Shown: piece after piece, positions 8,049-17,083 of the stretch
Layout of the letters: the number at the start of each line of letters is the position of its first letter
Numbering within the stretch: position 1 is the first letter of the stretch
Source: an uncultured Bacillota bacterium
GTDB lineage: Bacteria > Bacillota_I > Bacilli_A > RF39 > UBA660
Assembly: GCA_946630315.1 (NCBI GenBank)
Contig: CAMOYT010000002.1
Coordinates: forward strand, 562-64,561
Length of the DNA stretch: 64,000 bases
Direction: 5' to 3'
The notes under the pieces: generated by a model
The model's database searches: none
Seen by the model: the letters and a program-made list of their open reading frames with translations, nothing else
What the model was told of the DNA's origin: nothing
Translations under genes and position numbers: made by a program

Positions 8049-9134
8049 ATGAACATAAAGCCAAAAAAATTAAATAAAGGAGATAAAGTAGCAATAGTAT
8101 CATTATCTAGAGGACTACTTGGAATGCCCTTTTGCAAGCATGAATTAGATTTAGGTATCAAAAGACTAGAAGAATTCGGTTTGGAACCAGTTATTATGCC
8201 TAATTCGTTAAAAGATATGGATTATCTATTTAATCATCCAGAAGAAAGAGCAGCAGACTTAAAACAAGCCTTCTTAGATGACTCAATTAAAGGAATAATC
8301 TGTGCTATAGGAGGCGATGATACTTATAAAACATTTGAGTATTTAATGGAAGATCAAGAATTTATTACTGCTGTAAAAGAACATCCTAAAATTTTTACAG
8401 GCTTCTCAGATACAACAAATAATCATTTAATGTTAAATAGATTAGGTCTATCTACATTCTATGGCCCATGCTTTTTAGTAGATATAGCCGAATTAGATAA
8501 AGAAATGTTACCATATACCAAAGAGTCATTTGAAAGATTTTTTAAAGAAGAAAATTGTTATGAAATAAAATCAAGTCCAATCTGGTATAGTGATAGAGCA
8601 AGTTATGGAGTAGAAGAACTAAATAAACCAAGAATATCTCATAAAGAAGAACATGGTTATGAAACGCTAAATGGAAGTGGAGTAGTATCAGGAAAACTAT
8701 ATGGTGGATGTATAGAAAGTATTTATGATGCCCTAACTGGAGAAAGATATGGTAATGAAAATGAAATATATGAAAAATATCATATTTTACCAACAAAAGA
8801 AGAATGGCAAGAAAAAATATTATTTTTAGAAACTAGTGAAGAAAAAATAAATAGTGATAAATTAAAACAAATTTTATTAGAATTAAAGAAAAGAAGTATT
8901 TTAGATCTAGTAAAAGGAATTATCATAGGTAAACCAATAGATGAAACATATTATGATGAATATAAACAAGTATATAAAGAAATATTTGCGGATATAGATA
9001 CACCAGTATTATTTAATGTTAACTTTGGACACTCAGTACCTAGAGCTTTAATTCCATATGATGCACTTGCTGAAGTTGACTATGATAATAAAAAGATCTT
9101 TATAAAATCTAAAATATTTGAAAGTGAAGAATAA
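8049..9134 (+). CDS. S66 family LD-carboxypeptidase (LdcA/MccF-like)
   Basis: The nucleophile motif GFSDTTNNHLML and the C-terminal NFGHSVPRALIPYDA match the Ser-His-Glu S66 pattern. SD taggagg lies 9 nt after the upstream stop. Confidence 0.8.
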   Translation: MNIKPKKLNKGDKVAIVSLSRGLLGMPFCKHELDLGIKRLEEFGLEPVIMPNSLKDMDYLFNHPEERAADLKQAFLDDSIKGIICAIGGDDTYKTFEYLMEDQEFITAVKEHPKIFTGFSDTTNNHLMLNRLGLSTFYGPCFLVDIAELDKEMLPYTKESFERFFKEENCYEIKSSPIWYSDRASYGVEELNKPRISHKEEHGYETLNGSGVVSGKLYGGCIESIYDALTGERYGNENEIYEKYHILPTKEEWQEKILFLETSEEKINSDKLKQILLELKKRSILDLVKGIIIGKPIDETYYDEYKQVYKEIFADIDTPVLFNVNFGHSVPRALIPYDALAEVDYDNKKIFIKSKIFESEE

Positions 9135-9826
9135 TGATATACATAACTGGAGATACTCATGGTACTTTCTCAAGACTTCTAGCACCAACAATTGAAAAAA
9201 CTAATAATAACTTAGTAATAATTCTAGGAGATGCTGGAATAAACTATTATTTAGATGAGAGAGATAAAACAAAAAAAGATTATCTAAATAATCTAGGTAT
9301 AAAAATATTATCTCTTCAAGGAAATCATGAAGAAAGACCAGAAAACATATCAACCTATAGAGAAATAGATATGTATCAAGGAAAAGTATTTATAGAAGAT
9401 GAGTATCCTAATTTAATATTTGCTAAAAATGGAGAAGTATATAATATTGAAAATAATTCATTTCTAGTAATAGGAGGAGCATATTCAGTAGATAAATACT
9501 ATCGTTTAAGAAATCATTTAAATTGGTTTAAAGATGAACAATTATCAAAAAAAGAACAAAAACATATCTTAAAGACAACTAAAGACTTAAAAGTAGACTA
9601 TGTTCTATCTCATACATGTCCATATAAATACATTCCAAGAGAAGCTTTTCTACCAGGAATAAACCAAGACTTAGTAGACAATAGTATGGAACACTTTCTA
9701 GATAAAATAGAAGAACAAGTAGATTATGATAAATGGTATTGTGGACATTATCATATAGAAAAAGAAATAGATAATTTAGAATTCATGTATCATGATGTAA
9801 AAGTATTAAAAAAAAGTAAACATTAA
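9134..9826 (+). CDS. metallophosphoesterase (calcineurin-like phosphoesterase family)
   Basis: Motifs GDTHG, ILGDAG, GNHE and CGHYH. The start overlaps the upstream stop (TAATG). Confidence 0.75.
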   Translation: MIYITGDTHGTFSRLLAPTIEKTNNNLVIILGDAGINYYLDERDKTKKDYLNNLGIKILSLQGNHEERPENISTYREIDMYQGKVFIEDEYPNLIFAKNGEVYNIENNSFLVIGGAYSVDKYYRLRNHLNWFKDEQLSKKEQKHILKTTKDLKVDYVLSHTCPYKYIPREAFLPGINQDLVDNSMEHFLDKIEEQVDYDKWYCGHYHIEKEIDNLEFMYHDVKVLKKSKH

Positions 9827-9840
9827 GTTTACTTTTTATA
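9810..9840. terminator. bidirectional hairpin between convergent genes
   Basis: aagtaaac (9814-9821) pairs with gtttactt (9827-9834). The hairpin is flanked by an A-run and a T-run. Confidence 0.5.
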
Positions 9841-10369
9841 ATTCAATAATTTTTGGAGTATGATCTAAATCTACTAAGTATTTATCTATTAAATCACTAG
9901 TTTTAAACTTTATATGAGTAGTACTAATACCAGTATTACAAGCAAAAAAATCATTACTAGCAACTTCTTTATCTAATACAACTTGAACAATCTTATTAGT
10001 ATCATTAAAAATACTCATAACAGAAGCATTACCATAACTGACACCTAATATATTAATCATATCATCTTCACTAGCAAAAGATACTCTAGCACATTCCATA
10101 TTCTTAGCAAAAGTCTTAGTATCAAACCTTTTATTTGCTGGCATAACTACTAAGTAATATTGTGTTTTCTGTCTATTACATAAAAACACAGTTTTTCTTA
10201 TCTCTTCTCCAAGTACTTTACTAATCTCTTCACATTCACTCATAGCTTCACTAACATCATTAGTAACACCCTGATACTCAATATTAAGTTTATGTAAATA
10301 ACTAAATACTTTTTCTTCTAATTCATTACTATAATTACTTTTCTTATTAAATATCTCACTAATATACAT
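9836..10369 (-). CDS. YbaK/ProX-type aminoacyl-tRNA editing domain protein
   Basis: 177 aa. The pattern KTVFLCNRQKTQYYLVVMPANKRFDTKTFAK...LGVSYGNASVMS is typical of the tRNA_edit (YbaK/PrdX) family. Confidence 0.65.
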   Translation of the reverse strand: MYISEIFNKKSNYSNELEEKVFSYLHKLNIEYQGVTNDVSEAMSECEEISKVLGEEIRKTVFLCNRQKTQYYLVVMPANKRFDTKTFAKNMECARVSFASEDDMINILGVSYGNASVMSIFNDTNKIVQVVLDKEVASNDFFACNTGISTTHIKFKTSDLIDKYLVDLDHTPKIIEL

Positions 10370-10414
10370 AATATCTACTCCTTTTAAGCAATTATATTAG
10401 TATTTTAATAAAAA

Positions 10415-10446
10415 CACAATAAAAAAGACATATATAATATGTCTTT
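10415..10446 (-). terminator. rho-independent terminator of the protease operon
   Basis: aagacatat (10425-10433) pairs with atatgtctt (10437-10445). The plus-strand A-run at 10418-10426 gives a U-run on the - strand transcript. Confidence 0.55.
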
Positions 10447-11881
10447 ACTTATCATTTGAATAACTAATAGTAGTATCTATCATTTCAGAATTATCTATAT
10501 TATTATTGCTATTATTATCTTTATTAGTATCTTCAACTATTACAGTTTCATTCTTACTACCATTCTTAATTATAATAGCAATTACAACACTAATAATTAA
10601 TAGTAATAATATAACTATAACTATTAAAGGAATAATATTAGTATCGTTACTAGCAACCGCAACATTTTCACCACTAATAGTAGCCTTAGTTAAGAAATAA
10701 TCAGAACAATGATCAATACTTATTTCGACATAACCATTAGTAACTTCTACATCTTGATTCATAAATGTAATTTTGTTTTCATTACCATCTAAGAAATATA
10801 AATGTAAGTTATCACCATCAGTATATTTATCTCCCACATATATTCTTAAAATAGTATTTTTAGGCAAGTCACCACTATGAGAAAAGTTTAAATAAACACC
10901 CTCTCGATAATCAGTTAACTTCTCCAATTGATTCTTATTACTTGCTGTAAAAGATAAATCTAATTTTATATTATCTTGGTTATTAATATTCTTACTATTA
11001 ATCATCCAAGAATATAATGTTTTACTATCTTTTTTCATAATGAAATAAGCATTCTTATTAGTCTTTTTAATCTTTTGTAATTGTTCACTTGTTAATATAT
11101 CATTATCTTTTAATGTAATAACTATATTCTCTTTAGATTCACTAATAGCATCATCTAAATCACTTAAGTAATATGTATCATCTTTTCTAGTAACTGTAAT
11201 CGTATAAGTCTTTTTACTACCATTCTCAGCAGTACATACGACTTGGAATACATTATCTCCTACTTTTAAAGTCTTTTCTCCAGCTCCACTAACAGAAGCT
11301 TTAGAGTCAGCTGCTTCAGCAATTATTTTTATTTTATCAACTGAATTCTTAACAGTAACAGAATAACTATTATTACTTTTAGAAACTAACTTATAACCAG
11401 ATACTTCTATTTTCTTCAAATTATTATTAGCTGATTTATTATTTTTATTATTAGTAACAGGATTAGTTGGTTTAGTAGTATTATTGTTATTATTGTTGTT
11501 ATTGTTATTATTAGTAGGTGCCTTAACAGTAACTGTAATAGTAGTGCCTCCAGTTATTTTTTCTTCATCAAAAGAAGCAACATCACTATATACAACATTA
11601 ATAGTAGCAGTACCAACAGCTCCAGCTTTTACTGTAATTGTTTGTGTATTGTTTTCAACCCATATAGAACCAGCAGATACAGTCGCAACACCGGTATTAG
11701 AAGAAGAAATATTAATTCTTCCTACTGCGTTATTAGCAGTAATTGAAAAAGAGGTACTTCCATTAGGTGCTAAAGATATATTTTTAGTAGATACACTAAT
11801 AGATCCACTAGCTTTAACACTAAATGGTAAAATAATTAAACTAAGTAATATAACAAGTATTAATTTATTTAATCTTTTCAT
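10445..11881 (-). CDS. cell-surface protein: signal peptide, Ig-like (Big_2-like) domain, poly-Asn linker, cadherin-like beta-sandwich domain, unknown domain, C-terminal TM anchor
   Basis: The N-terminus KLILVILLSLIILPFSVKASG looks like a signal peptide. The region NLKKIEVSGYKL...KTYTITVTR matches the cadherin-like beta-sandwich pattern. The C-terminal IIPLIVIVILLLLIISVVIAIII is a TM helix. Confidence 0.6.
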   Translation of the reverse strand: MKRLNKLILVILLSLIILPFSVKASGSISVSTKNISLAPNGSTSFSITANNAVGRINISSSNTGVATVSAGSIWVENNTQTITVKAGAVGTATINVVYSDVASFDEEKITGGTTITVTVKAPTNNNNNNNNNNNTTKPTNPVTNNKNNKSANNNLKKIEVSGYKLVSKSNNSYSVTVKNSVDKIKIIAEAADSKASVSGAGEKTLKVGDNVFQVVCTAENGSKKTYTITVTRKDDTYYLSDLDDAISESKENIVITLKDNDILTSEQLQKIKKTNKNAYFIMKKDSKTLYSWMINSKNINNQDNIKLDLSFTASNKNQLEKLTDYREGVYLNFSHSGDLPKNTILRIYVGDKYTDGDNLHLYFLDGNENKITFMNQDVEVTNGYVEISIDHCSDYFLTKATISGENVAVASNDTNIIPLIVIVILLLLIISVVIAIIIKNGSKNETVIVEDTNKDNNSNNNIDNSEMIDTTISYSNDK

Positions 11882-14800
11882 CTATATACCTCCATTCATT
11901 ATAATATTTTTAATTCTAACATAATCAAGAGCTGATATTATTTCATCTCCGTTAGCATCTGCCGCCAAGAGCTCCAGCATACCAGCAATTATATTAGTTC
12001 CCATAATATGATTTTTAACTTTAACATAATCTAGAGCTGAAATAGAACTATCTCCATTTATATCACCTCTAACAACATTAGTATATGTATAAATTAAATC
12101 ATCATTTTTATAAATCTTTGTAATACAACCAGTATAGATATATTCTTTATCTCCCATATCTACTTCAATTCTATAATTACTTCCTGCCTCGAAATATGAA
12201 AGATATTTTTCCAATGTAGTATTAGGATCAACCTTATCTATAATCATTACTGCATCATCTACTTCATAATGATTAATTTCAAAGTCCCTTTCTTCAACCC
12301 ATTGTGCATATAAGTCTAAAGTATAACTACCACCATTACTTAAATTACCTAATCTCTCATTAACATCATATCTAGAACCAGAACCATCTTCTTTACTATT
12401 CCAATATGCAAATTGGTATCCTTCTTTAGTAAATTGATTTTCACTAACATTTATACCTTCTCCATAATGATATACTTGATCCTCCATAGAACCATTACCA
12501 CCATTACTATGATATTTAATAGTATAAGTATATATTTCCCATATAGCATATAAATCAACATCACTATTTGGATTAATTGTTTGATCAACTGAATATGAAG
12601 TACCAGATCCATCAGCTTTAGTATTCCACTCAACAAACTTATGACCTTTATAAGTAAAAGTATTATTCTTAATACTTACAGAGTCACCTTGTTCATAAGT
12701 CTCTACTAAAGAATCATTATTACTATTATTACTATGATATGTAATATTAATAGGATTTTCAGGTTCAACTGTAACATTAATAGTACTTACATAGCCATCA
12801 TAATAATTCTTTAAATTAAATGTACTATAACCATACTTATTAGCTTTAATCTTAACATTATTACTATAAATAGTATTATTAGGAGAATTAGTAATAGTAA
12901 TATTATCATTATTGACACCATAACCATATAACTTAATATTATTAGAATTACTTAAATTAATATAATCATCTAAGTATACTTCTTCTCCCTTACTAATTGT
13001 AATATCATATACTTCAGTATATTCAATATCAACATTTTTAAGTAAAGGAATCCTACTAATACCATTAACAGTATCCATTTTCCAATAAGTACTAAAATCA
13101 TCCCAATTATATAAGTTTGGATTACCTAAATTATCATTATCATAAATACTATAACCATTAGTAATATTTAAATTATCACTCTTACTATTTCCAATTAAAC
13201 CTCTACCATCAACAGTATTAGAATAATTATTATTAATAAAATATGTATTAGTAATAAACTTATTAAGTACTATTTCAGCATAATCAGTAATAACACCAAT
13301 AAATGCCCCATAACTATTAGTATTAGGAGTAATATTAGAATATTCAATATTACCAATATTTTCTACATTAGTCATATATACATGTGGTATGAAATCTTCA
13401 TCATTTGATTGATAACCGACAACTTTTCCAATTAAACCACTAGCTGTTTTACCCCCAACATTAGTATTATTAAATATAGTATTAATATTATAATCATTAT
13501 CCCAATCAATACTATTAGAGTCATCTATTAAACCTATTAGAGCACCAGCACTACCATTCTTTGAATAAATAGAGCCATCTATAATATAAATATTTTCAAA
13601 AGTACTAGAACTTAATTCGTAACCTTTATATGCTCCAACTAATCCACCAGCATCACTATTAGTATTAATATCAACATTTCTTATATATAAATCATTAATA
13701 TTAACATTTCCAGTAACAACACCAAATAAACCAGCAGCATCATAATCATTACTAATATTTATATTTTTAATATAATGTCCATCTCCATCAAGACTACCAC
13801 TAAATGGATAATCATTAGTACCAATAGGTACCCAATCACCAGATAATACAATATCATTAGTTAATTTATAAAAAGCATCTAAATTATAAGAAATCTGTTT
13901 TAATTCATTCTCGTTAGAAATAAGATAAGGATCATTATAAGTACCACTACCATTTAAAGTAAATACATCACCAACAAGTACTCTAGAAGTAAAAGAATTA
14001 GAACCATAAATAGTATTTAAATAATAAACTCCATCACCAATAGTACTTTTAATTTTTAAATGAGCATTAACATCATTTTTAGAAACAATACCTAAGTCAT
14101 ATGATAAATAACTAGATTTATCAACACCATTACTAGTAGTTAATTTATAAGTAACATTACTACCAGAATTAATATTCTTAGTATTAGAATAAGCATAAAA
14201 ATCATAATAACCACTAACTGGACTACTTAAATTAAAATCAGGTGTCGAAATAACAGCACTATTATCAACATTAGAAGTAAATACACTGATTTGAGAACCT
14301 AAGAAACTAGAATTAGAAGGACTATTAAGATTAACAGAAAAGCTATCTTTATCAATAATAATATTATAAGAACTTAAATCTATTGTATTATACCCAGGCA
14401 TAGAAGCTGTATAAGTAGCAATATCATTATAAGTATCATATCCACTCTTAATAGTAACATTATAAGTAGAATTAGAACTTAAAGCATAAAACTTAATCTT
14501 TTCAATTTTCTCAGATCCTTTAACATTCTTAGTATAATCAATAGTTTCATTAGAAGTATAATACAAAGCAGAAGTATCTATCTTTTTATGATAATAATTA
14601 TCCCAAGTACGATTATTCGTACTAGTAACATCAGTAGCAATATTAATATCAGACTCTAAAGAGTCATATGCTAAATAAGCATATTTATAAGTACTTGAAT
14701 CTCCCCAAGAATTTCTAATTAACCAAGCCCCAGTACCAGTTACTTTATTACTACTAGAACATGAAGAAGTAGATGCATTATGACTAGTACCAGTTTTGCA

Positions 14801-15769
14801 ATAAGAATAACTATAATCATCATCCCATCCAATTATTTGCATAGCATGACCAGCATTTTGTACACAAGAATCATCTACTCTAATTAGATAAGAACCATTA
14901 TTTAGTGAAGCACAACTATGATCAGGAGCTTCAGTTCCAACATATGCTCCACCATAAGTCATAACATATTGCTTAATCAAATTAATATATGTATTAAAGT
15001 AACTAGCATTAATATTTTCAGCAGGTGGAAAACTAGTAGTTTCATTAACTTCAAACAAGCTTTGATTATAATTAAATACTTCATGTAAATTCTTAGAATC
15101 AGTAGAAGTACTAAAAGGAAGAAAATCTTCATTAGTAAGTGCTAATCCAGCTGTCATAATAGATGAAGAGTAAAAATAATTACCACCATTTCCTAATGTA
15201 TGACAACCAAAATCATTATCATAATTTTTAATACCATCAGTACTAGTAGAATAATCAAGTTGTCTAGGAGATAATACTTTACTACTAGAACTATATGTTT
15301 GATTAGAGGTTGCTAAAAGGTAGCTTTCAACTTGTTCAGCAGAAGCAAAAGCCCAACAAATACCTAAAGTCTTTTGATTCTTTAATGGAGTAATAAAATT
15401 CTTACCAGATACATCTCTTAAGTCATATGAACTAGGTAATGTAGCTTCAACATTTTTATTAAAAGAATTAACTTCATATACTTCAGGAATTAATTCTAAT
15501 TTTTCTTGTTCTTCTTCACTCATACTAATATATTCAACAAATTTCGGATTTAAATAAGGAGTATTCTCCTCTTTATTTTTCTCAGTATGAACAATAACAC
15601 CAGTTTTTTCATATACATTTTTTATATAATTCTTTGCTTCTTTAGGTAAATAAGAATAATCACTAGTCTTTAATATAATATCTATTTTATGATTATTAAT
15701 ACTAAGAAAGCCTACAAAAGCAACTAATAGTATGATAAAAGTTGTAATTACATGTTTTAACCTCTTCAT
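11882..15769 (-). CDS. secreted multidomain papain-like (C1) cysteine protease with GLUG-motif region, two Listeria-Bacteroides (Flg_new) repeats and a C-terminal type-I-like dockerin
   Basis: N-terminal TM/signal segment. Catalytic Cys in QKTLGICWAFASAEQ, His in NAGHAMQIIGWDD, Asn/Trp in WLIRNSWG. Repeated GLFG/GGLVG/GALIG/SGLIG motifs. Two repeats of the form Y..NGG...F.Y.G..F..WN...DGSG..Y. The dockerin duplication is GDINGDSSISALDYVKVKNHIM and ADANGDEIISALDYVRIKNIIM (nt 11885-12067). Confidence 0.8.
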   Translation of the reverse strand: MKRLKHVITTFIILLVAFVGFLSINNHKIDIILKTSDYSYLPKEAKNYIKNVYEKTGVIVHTEKNKEENTPYLNPKFVEYISMSEEEQEKLELIPEVYEVNSFNKNVEATLPSSYDLRDVSGKNFITPLKNQKTLGICWAFASAEQVESYLLATSNQTYSSSSKVLSPRQLDYSTSTDGIKNYDNDFGCHTLGNGGNYFYSSSIMTAGLALTNEDFLPFSTSTDSKNLHEVFNYNQSLFEVNETTSFPPAENINASYFNTYINLIKQYVMTYGGAYVGTEAPDHSCASLNNGSYLIRVDDSCVQNAGHAMQIIGWDDDYSYSYCKTGTSHNASTSSCSSSNKVTGTGAWLIRNSWGDSSTYKYAYLAYDSLESDINIATDVTSTNNRTWDNYYHKKIDTSALYYTSNETIDYTKNVKGSEKIEKIKFYALSSNSTYNVTIKSGYDTYNDIATYTASMPGYNTIDLSSYNIIIDKDSFSVNLNSPSNSSFLGSQISVFTSNVDNSAVISTPDFNLSSPVSGYYDFYAYSNTKNINSGSNVTYKLTTSNGVDKSSYLSYDLGIVSKNDVNAHLKIKSTIGDGVYYLNTIYGSNSFTSRVLVGDVFTLNGSGTYNDPYLISNENELKQISYNLDAFYKLTNDIVLSGDWVPIGTNDYPFSGSLDGDGHYIKNINISNDYDAAGLFGVVTGNVNINDLYIRNVDINTNSDAGGLVGAYKGYELSSSTFENIYIIDGSIYSKNGSAGALIGLIDDSNSIDWDNDYNINTIFNNTNVGGKTASGLIGKVVGYQSNDEDFIPHVYMTNVENIGNIEYSNITPNTNSYGAFIGVITDYAEIVLNKFITNTYFINNNYSNTVDGRGLIGNSKSDNLNITNGYSIYDNDNLGNPNLYNWDDFSTYWKMDTVNGISRIPLLKNVDIEYTEVYDITISKGEEVYLDDYINLSNSNNIKLYGYGVNNDNITITNSPNNTIYSNNVKIKANKYGYSTFNLKNYYDGYVSTINVTVEPENPINITYHSNNSNNDSLVETYEQGDSVSIKNNTFTYKGHKFVEWNTKADGSGTSYSVDQTINPNSDVDLYAIWEIYTYTIKYHSNGGNGSMEDQVYHYGEGINVSENQFTKEGYQFAYWNSKEDGSGSRYDVNERLGNLSNGGSYTLDLYAQWVEERDFEINHYEVDDAVMIIDKVDPNTTLEKYLSYFEAGSNYRIEVDMGDKEYIYTGCITKIYKNDDLIYTYTNVVRGDINGDSSISALDYVKVKNHIMGTNIIAGMLELLAADANGDEIISALDYVRIKNIIMNGGI

Positions 15770-15791
15770 AAACGACTCTCCTATTATATTT

Positions 15792-15820
15792 ATTATATTA
15801 TGAATTCAAATAATAAACAA
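15792..15820 (-). promoter_or_regulatory. sigma-A-type promoter for the protease operon
   Basis: On the - strand: TTGTTT (15820-15815), 17-nt spacer, TATAAT (15797-15792). It lies about 20 nt upstream of the SD aggagag. Confidence 0.5.
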
Positions 15821-15848
15821 TAAAAAAACAATAACAAAGTTATTGTTT
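15821..15848 (-). terminator. rho-independent terminator of the AraC-lipoprotein unit
   Basis: aacaataac (15827-15835) pairs with gttattgtt (15839-15847). A plus-strand A7 run precedes it, giving a U-run on the - strand. Confidence 0.55.
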
Positions 15849-16516
15849 TAGCAATCTTCAACACTTTGGCAAATCTTTGTTGAATAAAGACTATTACCAC
15901 GATATTCTCCATCTAAAAAGTCATCTTCACTATCATATGTAAATACACTAAGAATAATATTAGAATCTATATTATCACATTGATAACTACTTTGTAATTT
16001 AATAGCCGTAAATAGAGTAGAATCATTATATTGATTTTCTTCAATATGTGAATAAAAACTCTTACCTTTATTAGCATAATCATCATACAAATAATTCATA
16101 AGATATTCCCATTTATCAAAAGTTTGACTAGGATTTAATATGTTATATGAAATATCTTCTCCATTCTTTAATTTAAACTTAATATTAAAACCTACTTTTA
16201 CATTATATTTATTATATAAATCATAATAACTATCAGCAAATCCCTTATTTAGATCTATTTCCTTATCATTACTAAAATAAACTTGGTATATTCCAATATC
16301 TTCTTCTACCTTAAATTTCTTAATATCTTTCTCTACTTTAACTAATTTATTACCAGATAATCTATATAATCCAATAGGAGTATTATTAAGATCCTTATAA
16401 CTATCTTCAACAACTTCTTCTTTTATATCTTCCTTTTCTTTAATAACTACTTCCTTCTTACCACAACCAATACATAATAAACAAATAATAATTACTAATA
16501 AATATTTTTTCATCAT
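15848..16516 (-). CDS. putative lipoprotein
   Basis: The N-terminus MMKKYLLVIIICLLCIGCGKK has a signal peptide and a lipobox-like Cys. Confidence 0.55.
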   Translation of the reverse strand: MMKKYLLVIIICLLCIGCGKKEVVIKEKEDIKEEVVEDSYKDLNNTPIGLYRLSGNKLVKVEKDIKKFKVEEDIGIYQVYFSNDKEIDLNKGFADSYYDLYNKYNVKVGFNIKFKLKNGEDISYNILNPSQTFDKWEYLMNYLYDDYANKGKSFYSHIEENQYNDSTLFTAIKLQSSYQCDNIDSNIILSVFTYDSEDDFLDGEYRGNSLYSTKICQSVEDC

Positions 16517-16524
16517 TTCATCAC

Positions 16525-16989
16525 CTACTTAAATACTAAAGATTTAACTTGTTTAACACTAGGAGCTCTTCTACTAATATAATTAAGAGAATAATCTTTT
16601 ATCTTCTTAATTCTATTAGTATTTACAAGTATTAAATCTAATTCTTCAAAACTAATATTAACATCTCTATAAATATATTTTCTATAAATACTTGGACTAA
16701 CACCCATTACTTTTTTAAACATTTCAGAATAATATTCTAATGAATTAAAACCACTATTAAAACCAATATTAATAATACTATTATTATATCTATATAAAGA
16801 TAAACTATTATATATCCTCATATTATTAATATACTCAAATATTGTAATACCAATTTCTTTTTTAAATTTCTTCATTATATAAGTCTTATTAAAAAAGAAT
16901 ATATTAGAAAGCTCATCAATACTAATCTCTTTATTAATATTATTATTAATATATTCTAAAATATTACATATTAATTCATTACTAAACAT
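16525..16989 (-). CDS. AraC family transcriptional regulator (HTH domain only)
   Basis: 154 aa. The tandem HTH_18 pattern ends in GFNSLEYYSEMFKKVMGVSPSIYRK. Confidence 0.75.
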   Translation of the reverse strand: MFSNELICNILEYINNNINKEISIDELSNIFFFNKTYIMKKFKKEIGITIFEYINNMRIYNSLSLYRYNNSIINIGFNSGFNSLEYYSEMFKKVMGVSPSIYRKYIYRDVNISFEELDLILVNTNRIKKIKDYSLNYISRRAPSVKQVKSLVFK

Positions 16990-17083
16990 ATCTCCACCAA
17001 TCTCATTATATCATAAAAGCCATTATTGTTTAAGTTTTATTAAAATCTTTGTTATATAATGAAATCACAAAGGAGGGATATGT

